In this document: positions 14,901 to 26,206 of the stretch, piece after piece
Position numbering within the stretch: the first letter of the stretch is position 1
Layout of the letters: each line of letters opens with the position of its first letter
NCBI RefSeq assembly: GCF_002571385.2
Contig: NW_019217813.1
Span: 795,499 to 859,498, forward strand
Reading direction: 5' to 3'
DNA length: 64,000 bases
From: Stylophora pistillata
Taxonomy: Eukaryota
The notes under the pieces: generated by a model
The model's input: only the letters and a program-made list of their open reading frames with translations
Told to the model about the DNA's origin: nothing
The model's database searches: none
Position numbers and translations under genes: made by a program

Positions 14901-14994
14901 CTATCACTGTCGAAGAACCTTGATGATAGGAATTAGGAATCACCATAACTAAAATAATAAAATTCGTCAGTGATACAAAATACTTTGGTTCCAT
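2009..14994 (-). CDS. NTN1: Netrin (secreted, laminin-gamma-related netrin-1/UNC-6 type), 6 exons, about 580 aa: signal peptide, LamNT, 3 laminin-EGF, NTR/C345C
   Basis: Hand-spliced exons 14994-14022, 11127-10939, 4728-4579, 3957-3916, 3588-3529 and 2337-2009 sum to 1743 nt (581 codons with stop); all introns are GT-AG, phase 1. Netrin motifs include [73 protein letters not shown] and [14 protein letters not shown]. Symbol denotes family, not proven orthology. Confidence 0.95.
2868..2921. repeat. (AC)n microsatellite, about 27 units, inside a dispersed repeat
   Basis: Pure AC run; flank CCCTGAAAACCATGTGAT resembles 33137-33154. Confidence 0.97.
3014..3477. mobile_element. Foldback MITE with ~215-bp inverted arms and 7-bp TSD (P-superfamily-like)
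   Basis: Arms ~3014-3233 and ~3265-3477 are near-perfect reverse complements; termini CACAAGCAG / CTGCCTGTG; GTTCACC at 3007-3013 and 3478-3484. Confidence 0.88.
3529..3588 (-). CDS. NTN1: Netrin exon 5: start of the NTR domain
   Basis: ttcgtag|CA TGC ... TTT G|gtaagt; [20 protein letters not shown], matching the netrin C..C...KKYCKKDY segment. Confidence 0.88.
3799..3923. repeat. 50-bp tandem repeat (about 2.5 copies) containing the netrin exon 4 donor
   Basis: AAAACACAAACTTACATGACTCA at 3801, 3851 and 3901. Confidence 0.95.
3916..3957 (-). CDS. NTN1: Netrin exon 4: 42-nt proline-rich linker
   Basis: ttccag|AG CCA ... TCA T|gtaagt; [14 protein letters not shown]; preserves phase 1. Confidence 0.75.
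4579..4728 (-). CDS. NTN1: Netrin exon 3: laminin-EGF3
   Basis: ttttag|CA TGT ... ATC A|gtgagt; [50 protein letters not shown]. Confidence 0.93.
10939..11127 (-). CDS. NTN1: Netrin exon 2: laminin-EGF2 (not in ORF track)
   Basis: tag|CT TGC AAC ... AGA C|gtaagt; [63 protein letters not shown]. Confidence 0.93.
14022..14994 (-). CDS. NTN1: Netrin exon 1: signal peptide, LamNT (domain VI), laminin-EGF1
   Basis: ORF 14005-14994; donor GTA G|gtgag at 14022/14021. Confidence 0.95.
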
Positions 14995-15166
14995 TGCTTT
15001 GCTAATCAGACCATTTGCATGTGCTCAAACTCTTCTCCCTGAACTTGACGTCTTTTGAGTGTAAATTCAATAAACGGAAATGACGGCAATGGAATTGTTG
15101 TTCGATGTCTAGTACTCGAAGTTGATGATATTACGACAAACAATCTCAACAATCAAAGGAGATTTG

Positions 15167-15173
15167 TTTTATA
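15167..15173 (-). promoter_or_regulatory. Possible TATA box of netrin
   Basis: TATAAAA on the minus strand ~175 nt upstream of the ATG; positional evidence only. Confidence 0.35.
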
Positions 15174-18029
15174 GACCTGGTTGTCTAATCTCTCTGCTTT
15201 ATCCACTTGTGTTTACTCCCCAAGGCCGTGTCAGAATCGTGTGTTCCTTCCAAACGCGCGCATTCTTACCGGGTGCTACTCAATCTCGTCTCCGCCAGCT
15301 AATCAATCATAGGCCCGCTTTGTAACCCAGCGGTGTTACAGAACAGTTTGCTCTGTTAATCAAAGAAAAGACTCACAGTTATGCAGATAATGTCAAAACA
15401 CACAATTAATCACTTATTGCCCTCCATTCATATTATAATTTGGGTTTAAGAAAGAAATGACAAAGTACAGTTTTTTTCTCTCTCTTTCACTTGACCTTTA
15501 TGCCAAGTGCAATCGCGGTTTTTTCTCGGCTTAATTAAATGCAAAAGGACCTCGTTTGAGTTGGACACAGATATTAAAAGAAACTAACAAGATAAACGCA
15601 ATAACCGTAAACATTAGAATTTGTAATCTTCGAGATTTCGTTGCGTGGGCACGCGTAAACAAAGATAGAGTTTTTACTGAGCTAAGATAAACTCCCGCTG
15701 AAAATGATTAACCATAAGTGGATTCCACAACCGGTATTTACGTGAGGGTTTTTTAAGTCATAGCACACCTGATGGTCGAAGTACAAAGAAACCAAATGCC
15801 TTGTTTCTTAATTTGAACCGAAAGTTAGAAATGACGAACACTGCACAGGACACCCGTGGATAGAAAATTAACCGCCTGCCTCTCGAATTGAAACCCCCAT
15901 CTTCGCTGTTATTGATTTTGTATAAAAATTCTATGAGCCCCGATCGGTCGATGGATAGCTCTTTTTTTCTCCCTTTTTCAGAATAGTTCTACTTCAAAGG
16001 AATCAGTTCTGGCAGTGATGTTCTACAAACGTGGAGTTTCGGTGCCACCGAATACTTGCACACCACAGTCAGCGCAAGTTCTTTGGGAACATGTCGATTT
16101 GATGAGTGGATATAGCCTTGAAAATGCGGCTATTTGTCAAATTAGTGTGACAGAATGACAGAAGCGCCTCCAATGTAACCCCTGAGAGCTAGGATCAAAC
16201 AAACCCACCGGGTGGTCGAGAAATATGTCATTCAAAGCGCTCTTTTGCCTTGTACCCATGTGACTGAATACCATATGCACTTTTCATTGCTGGCAAACAA
16301 AGGCAAGTAATTCCCAATTACAAGAACTGTAATTCCCAAGCGCTCTTTAATCTTTTATTTGATGTTGGTTTGAGACCGTTGTGAAAGCATAGAGCAATTG
16401 TTAAAGTATTTAATAACGACTCAATAACTGGTCATACGTCTCTATCGTAATCTTTACCCGTGTTTTATCTCTTGTCAAGTTGCCCTCTAAATCAGACGGT
16501 AAGTCGGTAGATAAGAGGGCTTATTACTGCGCTATATGTATACAACTTTCCCTATAAAAAGGTGTGAGATATTTTCGTGTCCTGATTATTACAAGTAGTT
16601 ATGATGTAAAGAGATCCAATAGGGATCCGGATAGTTCAAGGACATCACTTTCAGAGGTCGTCACAATGATCCATGTTCAAAATTCTTTCGTACCTTCTAC
16701 AATAAAAAATGTGTAATAAATCAGTGCTCGCGTTTGCACAAAAAGCTGCGGCTAATTGGTTTATCGACAACATTTTTGTAATTAAGCCAGATTTTATTCT
16801 CCTTTTGTTTTTACAAAGTGGACAGGAAATGTTTTACTCACCAAAACCGCGATCATAGGAACTGATTTTGTGATAGAGGGTCAACCAACGACGTTTTCAA
16901 AGAATAGCGCTTGATTCGCGAGCACCGTCTAACATATGGAAAAGTTTCCATCGTAATGGAATCAATTTCTTCGAAATAAATATATTTTTATCTTTTGGCC
17001 TCGAGGAAGTGTTAACCACAGTCTTTTTATGATTTCCGTCAATCATCGAAGCAGCTTTTTGGTTAGCTTTATGCCATGAGGCTAACAATAAAGGCCTTTT
17101 AACTTCATGGTTCGTCTGTCATTACACCTAGGTGTTGATGTAGTAATTGCTCCCCTGTCGTGCATACTAACTGCTTTAGCGATTTTTTTTAATGCCAGCT
17201 TGTCTGTCGAAAGCGTCAAGTATTGACACGCATTTATGAATTTAAAGAATTTTTTAGGGGATCAAGTTCCTGATACGCGGGATGAAGTGGTGTAGTCCGC
17301 GGAAGGCACCGGGTAAAAGTCAAGGACTCTTAGCCGACATTTTCTCGCCTCGCTTGCTCCAATCCAATAAATTTTTTTGGCAACGTTTCCTTATATATTT
17401 CCTGAAGATAACAGACAGAAATCGGTCTCTGTGTCTCCGTTTAAAAGTCATAGTGTTTCCATTCATCACAAACCTTTGAAAAAATACTCAAAAGCTTCAC
17501 CGTTCCAAAATGTGTTTCATATCTTAGAACAGCTCTTTCTCAGTCTTTGCCAAGGCTGATGTCATGATCTTTTTCGCATGGTCTCTGACAAGCACAGGTA
17601 GCGTCGATATGCATTAGCCTCTGGTTTATTCGTTGCAAAATCACGTTTACTTAGTATGATATCTTGATCAACTCTAATATATCATATAGCTCTATTTTAA
17701 TATTTTAACTATATAGTGTATGTGCTATCTCCTTAAGTATTCAACCTCCAGCCATCTGTTACTGCTGTATGGTAGTAGCCAACTTGAAAGCTTGGCTCCT
17801 TTGGCTACTACACACTCTTTACACTGCTTTGTGTAATTTCATGTATAGTTAGAACTCTCTCTTTTTTTTTTCCTTTTTTTTTTTCTCTCTTGCTGTTGTA
17901 TTTTTTTAGTAGAATAAGTGTGAATAAAGTTTCTGAAGTTCTGAAGTTCTGAGAGGTTTGAGCTAGACTTAAGTTAAAATCAGGAACTACTAAAACAGAC
18001 TGTTTTTCCAACAGTAGCGTGAGGAGTTT

Positions 18030-18200
18030 TTAATCCTTGAGTGACCAAGGCAGAGTTTCTCCTTACAATATCAATACAATATCAAGCAGATAAGTGATGA
18101 GAATACAGAACATTATCAGCTAGAGGATTCTCAGTTCATCGAATTAATACCAAATTCTCAGAACTGACATCAGAATTGTGCGGTGGACAGTAAGGAGAAA
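18030..18200 (+). mobile_element. Degenerate MITE of a TTAA-terminated (piggyBac-like) family; possible relatives at ~41431-41590 and ~55705-55773
   Basis: TTTCTCCTTACAATATCA...AGTAAGGAGAA internal inverted motif; relatives show TTAACCC / GGGTTAA ends. Family call from recollection of coral repeats. Confidence 0.45.
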
Positions 18201-18880
18201 AAAAAAAAAACCTCGGGAGCGAACGGGTGAAGCCCCCACTCGGCCCCATTCTTCCCCGTGTCGTTTTGAAAATCATAAGTTAAATCAACGGAGTAAAACA
18301 AGACATGTTGGCGGCCTAAGGTTATGCCAAGACAAAAAGTAGCGCTGATGGCTTCGATTAACTGAAATTTTATGTCTCTATTTGACGACCGAGCTAAAAA
18401 TTTACCATCCTTCTTTATCGAGTAGATTAACAGTTTTCAGCATGGTCTTTCCGCGTATTCAATTCCAAAGATGTATCGGTTATGAAGCCTGCTAATCAAA
18501 CTTCATTGAAGCATCCGGCGTGTCTAGAACTGATTCCGTTAAATAAAACTGATCCAAGATTCAGGCCCGACTAATATTTCACGAAAACAGCATAACAGAC
18601 CACATCATAAAGCTCACGAAGCATTTCGAACTTGGCCAGCAAAATTTCAATACAATTAGTAAGCAAAGCTGCAGCTACAAGTATCCAGTTTATCATTGTA
18701 AATTCTTTCTCAGTTGAAAAGTTGTTAAATACCTACAATTTTTCATTGTACATATTGCAACTCGTGAACCTGCGGTTGGGAATTCCTGCGCCGATAGAGG
18801 ACGAGACGGCCAACTTCTTGATTTCGCGAAGGGGACTTTGAGCGCGATGCTCAACGAATTTGCTAGAAATTTTCGAAAAT

Positions 18881-18922
18881 TATCTGATGAGTCTTTTGGC
18901 TCAGACGAAACGCCGCGTTATA
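18881..18922 (+). ncRNA. Candidate type I hammerhead ribozyme (minimal, retroelement type)
   Basis: TAT-CTGATGA-GTCT(tttggctc)AGAC-GAAA-CG(ccg)CGT-T-ATA: intact CUGAUGA/GAAA core, 4-bp stem II, 3-bp stem III, GUU site, 3-bp stem I. Confidence 0.65.
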
Positions 18923-19560
18923 CCAGCCACGATTTTTTTTTTTCACAAATTCTTCCTTCTTATCCTTTTACGGCTTCTGTTTACAGGTGAACTACATAAA
19001 ACACAACTTTTGAGGTAGTTTTAATCGTTTCCAAGGCTTAATTCAATTGATTTTGGACGGTTTCGCGTCGCGCCAAACTAATCAAATCCAGTATTTCACT
19101 TGAAGAGATTCAGTACTGTGTAAAGCTTAAAGCTACCGGTGCCTCATCACTAGTTCATAATTAAATCTCGAATGAGGAAACTAAAGAGCGTTATCAGGTC
19201 TTGTCAGTGGAAGTCACAGATTCTAATGCGCGAGAAACAATCAAACACAAAACGGAGAAAATCCCACACAGAAGGAGACCCTCCGGTGTACAGAACATCT
19301 CCACACTAAACGAGTTCGTAAAAGGATACAATCACTATTCACGTTTTGCTATGCATTGCGTATAACGCATACCCAACTTCTACTCAATTACCCAGCTTTG
19401 AACAGACTGAATAGCCCCATAAGGGGATTATAGATCAAGCCGATTGTCCGTAGCTTGGTATGCGAACTGAAAGTTAAGCGGTTGCATTGGGAATTCGCGC
19501 GTGCCATAGTATACGCACCGGTCGAAGTTGTGAACACTATCTTCCTAACCCCTCGATCAT

Positions 19561-19765
19561 TACATACATACATACATATATTAATTGACCACTCCCCATG
19601 GGGGCTTTTCAAGGCCAATTCCCACCCAGCAACCACCCCAGGGGAGGACATCCATTACACAGTGATCTCGTGCGAGGGAAATTAACGTCTCCTACCCCTA
19701 ACCCTGCAGGAGACGGGACCTCCATTTATTTGTCCCTATCCGAGAAGATTAGAATATCTAACCAT
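19561..19765 (-). mobile_element. 5'-truncated SINE with Nin/Deu-like central domain and (TATG)n tail
   Basis: Minus strand TCTTCTCGGATAGGGAC...GGTCCCGTCTCC...GAAAAGCCCCCATGGGGAGTGGTCAATT-(ATGT)n; ~145 bp shared with 20476-20625. Confidence 0.65.
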
Positions 19766-20305
19766 TTCTTGACGCCAGTTATAAGTACGAGATCACGGTA
19801 AACGCGTGTAAAGTGTTAACTCATTTAAAAAAAATATGCGTGGAAATATCCCAAGGTCTATTGGGTTTTTACACTGACTGCTATTTTGTGGTAAGGAATG
19901 CAACCACCACTGGTCTCACCTGGGGGTCTCTATTCTAAATTCTGGTTAATTTTGTCAAGTGCTCAGGGATGTCTGAGAAATTAGAGAGATTATTCTTTTT
20001 TTTATGGGGTAGCCACCCCACATCCGTCCTGACGCCTGCAAAACTCGAAAAAACGCAAAAAGGAACTGGTTTTGAAGGAACATTGACAAGATTTTGAAGT
20101 CTTTGGATTTGAAGAACTCCAGCACTGCAGCGGCTTCAAAATATCAGGACTAATTGAATATGTGTTGAACATACGTAGCTTGATTCATTAATCAAGTTAA
20201 TCTCGTGAATAAACTATTTTATTTTTTTTTTCGTAAAGTAGGTCTCTCATCTTTTCTCTACATCGCGATCAATTAGGTGATGATAACCATGATAACTAAA
20301 ATCTA

Positions 20306-20697
20306 GGAGGAGGCGGCGTGGCCGAGTGGTGGACTTGTAATCCGGTGTCCCGGGTTCAAGTCCTCCATCCTGCCACTCACTGGATTTATTCTCAGCGGGG
20401 ATTTTCAAGGACTTAGTTAGCTTCGCCGACATGGACCCCCGTACAGCTTGCGCCAATTACTGCGGGCCCCTAGTACCCACCCATCCCTCCCCAGGGGAGG
20501 ACATCCACCACACAGTGATCTCGTGCGTGGGAAATTAACGTCTCCTACCCCAACCCTACAGGAGACGGGACCTACGGTTTATTCGTCCTTATCCGAGAAG
20601 ACTAGAATGTCTATCAATTTCCTGATATTATAGAAAGGTAGCACATTCTCCTCAGCTGAAAAGCCCCTATGGGGGAGCGACAATTAACGTATATATA
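20306..20697 (+). mobile_element. Composite tRNA-derived SINE: + strand head and tail flanking an inverted Nin/Deu-like body
   Basis: A box TGGCCGAGTGG, B box GGTTCAAGTCC; tail CTGAAAAGCCCCTATGGGGGAG..CAATT; middle is the minus-strand homolog of 19620-19765. Confidence 0.65.
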
Positions 20698-23600
20698 TCT
20701 TATTAACCAAGCGCGAGGGCCGTACTGGGAGAATATCGGCCCGAGGTCTTGACAGGGGAGAGGCGCTTACACAGGGGAGAGCAGTGGTATAGGCCACTTC
20801 ACGTAAGACATGTGGAGCCTCGCAACTTTGAAACCCCCCTCCTCATCCTTGCTACGCCTCTGTACCTATCAATGATAGCCGCCTCTCTTCAACGACCACT
20901 TCCCTCTGTCCCCAAGATGGCTGTCTTGTTAAGGTTAGACAGTACTGGATTTCATATTGATCACTTCCGGGTATGAAGGGGTTAATATTAAGCTAATGTG
21001 TCTCCATTTAGTACTAATACCAGGTTTGAAAGAAGTGGGGAGGAGGGAGGGATAAACTAGCGCCCCTCTCTTTCACCGAGGCTTTTATGCAATTTAAGAC
21101 TAATGAGTAGAGTGGCATGCCATAAGCTGAGGCTATTCAGGTGTTAAGAAAAATGTTTTTGGCGATATTTCAATCGATTCGTGTCTTCTACCTAATTTGA
21201 ATTTTTCTAGTCTTACGCCACTTAAAGTATAGACTTGCTTGTGATATTTCACGCTACGTTATTTGTCAACAGCATAAGCCAAGTTACATCATGATGCCAC
21301 AGCAACGTCTGAGCCCAAAGTTTATCTTCGACTCCTGCCACCAATGTATTGTTCCCTCATTTTCTCTCTTAATTTTTTTTTTTATTTGCAACAATGCCAG
21401 TTTTTTTTTTTTTTTCTGATGTGCAGAAGTATTCTTAAAGAAATGGAGCCTACAAATATTATTTTGGGAACATAGAAAAAGACTAAAATGAGAAAAATAC
21501 ATCAACAGATCGCCATAATGTATAAATGGTTAAGCGGTCAGCATTAAATTGACACGGATTGCTCACGACCACCTTGAACAGTTTAAGGTGAATATTTTCT
21601 TGATACGCGAACGTTGACCATTTCATCAAAATTACTCAAGTAGGTGTACCTTTCTAGGGCCGTCACTGAATACATTACCTGCCTAGCATGCTCTCACTGT
21701 TAACCTTGTCATGTGCTATTCATCGCACTGTCGGAGAAGCCAGAGGCATTCAGTGTCCGCTGCTGAATTTCTACAGAGTGTAACTTAAGGGCGTAGTGTA
21801 GCGTGATGACAAGTTCAGATCGAATATACAATTGTTGCGATTTTTCATTGATATTTGTTTGGGAAGAGGTTGCGCTTTTGAGGGGCTTGCTTACAAACAG
21901 TCATGGTTGGACATGACTTCCCATTGTTGAATTTTCCACAAATTTGATTTTAAATGATTCGGAAGCTTGAAAAATTAAAAATCTCTATTCAGATAACATC
22001 TGGGTGAAATCAAAGGATTTATAACAATGTTGGACATAATAAGACGAAAACGAGGCGCCACATGAGCAACACTGGTAGAAATACTTGAGATGCTATCGCA
22101 AATAAGGAGAATCATGTGATATTTAATGTGAGCTGAGTATCACAAGGGCTCTTGAAAAGACATACATGTAATACTGAAGTACGGGAATTGTTTGATGTTG
22201 TTCTTGAGAAAGATGATATTTTTAGAGCTGATCAATGAAAAAACTGCAACCTTATTCTGAAAGGATGATATGTTTTACAGCCTATGGACATTTCAAATAT
22301 TGCATTGATCTAAGGACCAAATTTAAGACATAACAGGATTAAAATTGCACGCTATGCCACATCATACAATCCTATCCAGAAACTCATTTTTTTCCCCATC
22401 ATTTTGTTTTTGTTATTCCAGCGAGCAAGATTTTAAAACGGATTGTTTACTATGAATGCAACCTTAGTTTTCCATCCACGTTTTCCATGTAGTATTGTTC
22501 GACCAACTATCATAGACTAGGAAACTTGCAAGCACACTTTCTACTTTCATTCCTTTTACAGCGATTCCAGTTCCAAATCATTACCAGATAAGGATTTCAA
22601 CCAAAACTGAATAAGCTCTAAAATCAAGCTCAACTCCTTGGAAAAAAAAAAAAAATTAATTAAATAGATATCACGTTTCTCGTTCTCACTACGCTGGATA
22701 TATCTCGTAAGGCAGAAGTCACCCGCGCTAGAAACAATTGATAGGGCTGTGATCGTGTCATAAAAGGAAAAAAACAACAGCATTTTGCAATCCTCATTTT
22801 GGGAGGCGCACTAATCAGGCCGTATCATTGTGGATAGTGGACCTAACTTTAGAAATAAAGTTTCATTTTAAGATTTCTTATGGTTTAGCGCTGAAGGGGC
22901 CATATATAAGAGGGACTCTTGTTTTATTTGGTGGAATATCTTCAACCTTCTTGGAAGCATTTTTAAAATTCCTGTCTTACAAAGGAACCGAGACTTTTGA
23001 TAAGATTAGTTACCAGTTTTAAATAAGGATCACCACGGGCCTTCACAATGAGATATCCGACATGGGGAATCATAGGCTTTTCAGAATAAGAATCCTTAAC
23101 GTCCCCTTCTCCTCTCTTTTTTTTTTTCTTAAGACTGATATTAATCCCTTCTAAAAAAATCCTTCTCCCTGATCCGAGATTCTTAGATCAAAAGAGGTTT
23201 TGTTCGGCGGAGCAAAAATTTGTAGTCCGAGTTCATCTTAACCATTCTCAACCATTTTTGTTCCAGTTGTATGTTAACTGACTCCTTCTCAGTGGTATCT
23301 CTACTTTTAGGTATTAACCTGTTCACGAGGGAAGCGCATGAGAGTTGCCCGCGGGAAAAATGGGCGCTTCAGATCGGCAAAGCTTCCCCCTCGCGACTCT
23401 TACGTCCGCGTAGGAAAATTAGTGAAGACCAGGGAGGAGTCGGTGTCCTTATCTTTTAGGTGTTTGTCTCGATGATTCAAAAGTTTTATTCTAAATAAAG
23501 GAAATTTCTCTTTATATAAAATATCGCGACAACCCCTAGCTTTAGGAATTTGTCGATGAAAACTCTTTAGATTAGACGCTACACACCAGCGAATTCAAGA

Positions 23601-26206
23601 GGATATAATGAGGCTTTTTGTCTTGGTGAATTCTAATTCGAAAGTGTGATGTTCGCCAAAATATATGCCGCAGTTCTTTTTCGAAACATCACAGCATTCA
23701 TTAATATGCGCAAATATTCGGCCATTATACGCGATGTGTCCCTCCTTAAACCTATAAATACGACAGTGGAACATTCTAAAAGCTTGAAAATCAACCTTTT
23801 CAACCTCAGGTGCTGCAAAATAATTATTCATAGCGATTTTCATACCTTTTGGACAGGTTCTTTTTCTTCAATCATAGTCACAGTGTGCGGTTCATGGTTG
23901 ATTGGATTGCTTCCGACAGTTTCAATATCACACGAGTTTATAACAGACTTCAAGAGCCAGTAACACACTGAGTCGAAGAAACAGAAAACATGAACACCGC
24001 TCCATTCTAGTTATTCCATGTACAGCCCCATGTGCCTCCCGCGTGTGCATTCCACTAATTCAATTTAATTACATCTTGAGTGCTTAAAATCATGAAAAGA
24101 ATTAATCCCCATATTGCCCGAAGAAGTCTTCCCCTGACGAATTTCCCAGCACGACTCAGATCGCAGAAGTGAATGGCCAACCCTGTATTTTTCTGATGAT
24201 CACATCGCTTTGAAGGAAGATTCCATTAATTTTACTGGCGTCACACTAAGACATTTTCGCTAAATAAATGATTATCTTAGTATTTAAAAAGAAAAACATA
24301 AATTTTTGACTTCTCGAGTTTGACTACTGTACGAGAAGCATATGTAAATGAATTATTCCATATTTTTAAATAGCTTTCTTTACAAACAAGAGTAAGGAAA
24401 AGAAATCTCTATCTTAGACAAGCTTTATTTTCACTGAATTCATTCATCCGTATGCACAAGATGATGCCATCACAGATAAATGAAGATTTTATAACTGACG
24501 CAAGAGCCAATTAGTCGGAGCCTTAATTTTCCATACTGGGTTTGTGAAAATTCCGTATTCATAGGTGAAGGTTTCCTGCGAAATAAATATAGTTAAAAAC
24601 TGAGATTAGACTTTTCATAAGTGCCAACTACTTTGTACAGTTTGGCGGTAAAAACAGCTTGAGCTTCTAACATATTCACACGATTTTCTTGACTAATTTT
24701 AACGAACAAATCCTTTCCCATGGATTTGTTTCAAAGACAGCAATTTAGCGAGGGATGTTGCTCTCTAATAGGTAACTATCTTGTGAAAGCGCCATTCAAA
24801 TTTTCCGGCTATGAAAGCGGACATTCTGGATTATAGGCTTTTGCGTGTCACGAACCTAACTGTTAGTTACTCAGGCTTTTATTTTCTTGAAAGCCAAGAG
24901 ACTATTGTTTTGACTTTTACCGGGCCCTTTTCCACACTAGCGACCGAAAATTGGAGAATTCGCTGGAGAAGGAAATATTCTTCGAGTACGCAGACCTTGC
25001 ATGACTTACTGAACATTTTGAGTCGAGCAAGACATGATGGTCTGGAAATATCTACATTTACCGACGTTTCTGTTTACGAATAATTATTAAATGTCTTTTT
25101 TTTTTGTTTTCAAACCTTACATTACCTTTTCGCTTATCATGAAGCAACATGTGATGAAACACCCACACACGGGCAACAACCAAATAAAGAGAAGCCATTT
25201 TTAAACGTGATGCCAATATAACTTCTTTGGTGTAACTTAATGTCTGTTTGCATCTTTAACCGCCGTTCCATTAACATAGGCAGAAATAGCAGTTTTTTTG
25301 CACTGTGTTATGTATTTTCATAGTTAAGCTTTAACCAGCTTTTACTAGCTGTTTTTGGTTTAAGACGATTATTTAGGATGCGATGCAAAGCGATTCAGAT
25401 AGGCCCAGACAGTAGAATTAAGGCTGTCAAATATCTTAATACAAACAGAACAGACTATCTAATTCAGTATTGATGAATGAAATGGTGAAAATTTTACTAG
25501 AATCAGACCGATCGACTCGTTCTAATGATAACGTTTACCTGGACATTTCATTTAAAAGATTTTTCTTTAGTCACTGACATGTAGCCGATGTATTACGCTT
25601 ATCAAAAGATAGGGCTTGTCTTCCACATAAAATAAACCTTCTATTCTTCGCTTCCAAACAAACTTTTAATCGATTTTAAAATGTATAAAACATTGCTTTA
25701 AATCATCAAACGGACAAAGCAACGAAGTAGGGTGTATCACAACATCAGGCGTTCTTTTTCGACACTTCGCTGCATGCACTTTGTTTGTTTAGAGTTGGGC
25801 GAACAGTTTACACGAAAATAATGAAATTGAATGATAACTAGAGCTTTGAGGGGCTTTTCATTTTGAGATTATTTTTAATTACGGCCTATAGCAAAGCTTC
25901 CCATTACGTATTTCACTCCATCTGTTTACAGCATGCACTGCAGGGGTTTCAATTAAGAAAAGCATCGAAAAAAGGAAAAAAGGAGGCCTTGAAGTCTTAA
26001 GAAGTCTTAATCTTGAAAGATCTCTCAGTAGTGTGCCGAATTTATTGGGCAAAACCTTAAGAGTTCTTCATTGAAAATTAGCTATATCAGTCCCAGTTCA
26101 TGGTAACAAGAAATCAAGAGAGGTTTAAGCGCGCGTGAAAAACGCAACACTAGTTAAAGCTAAGGGCTTGGTTAAAAAAAAAAAAAAAAGAGAAGAAGAC
26201 GTAGGA

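Noticed and set aside
26135-26206. Lys-rich N-terminal extension of the GPCR
   Set aside because: Starts at GTG and crosses a poly-A run; first ATG is at 26207
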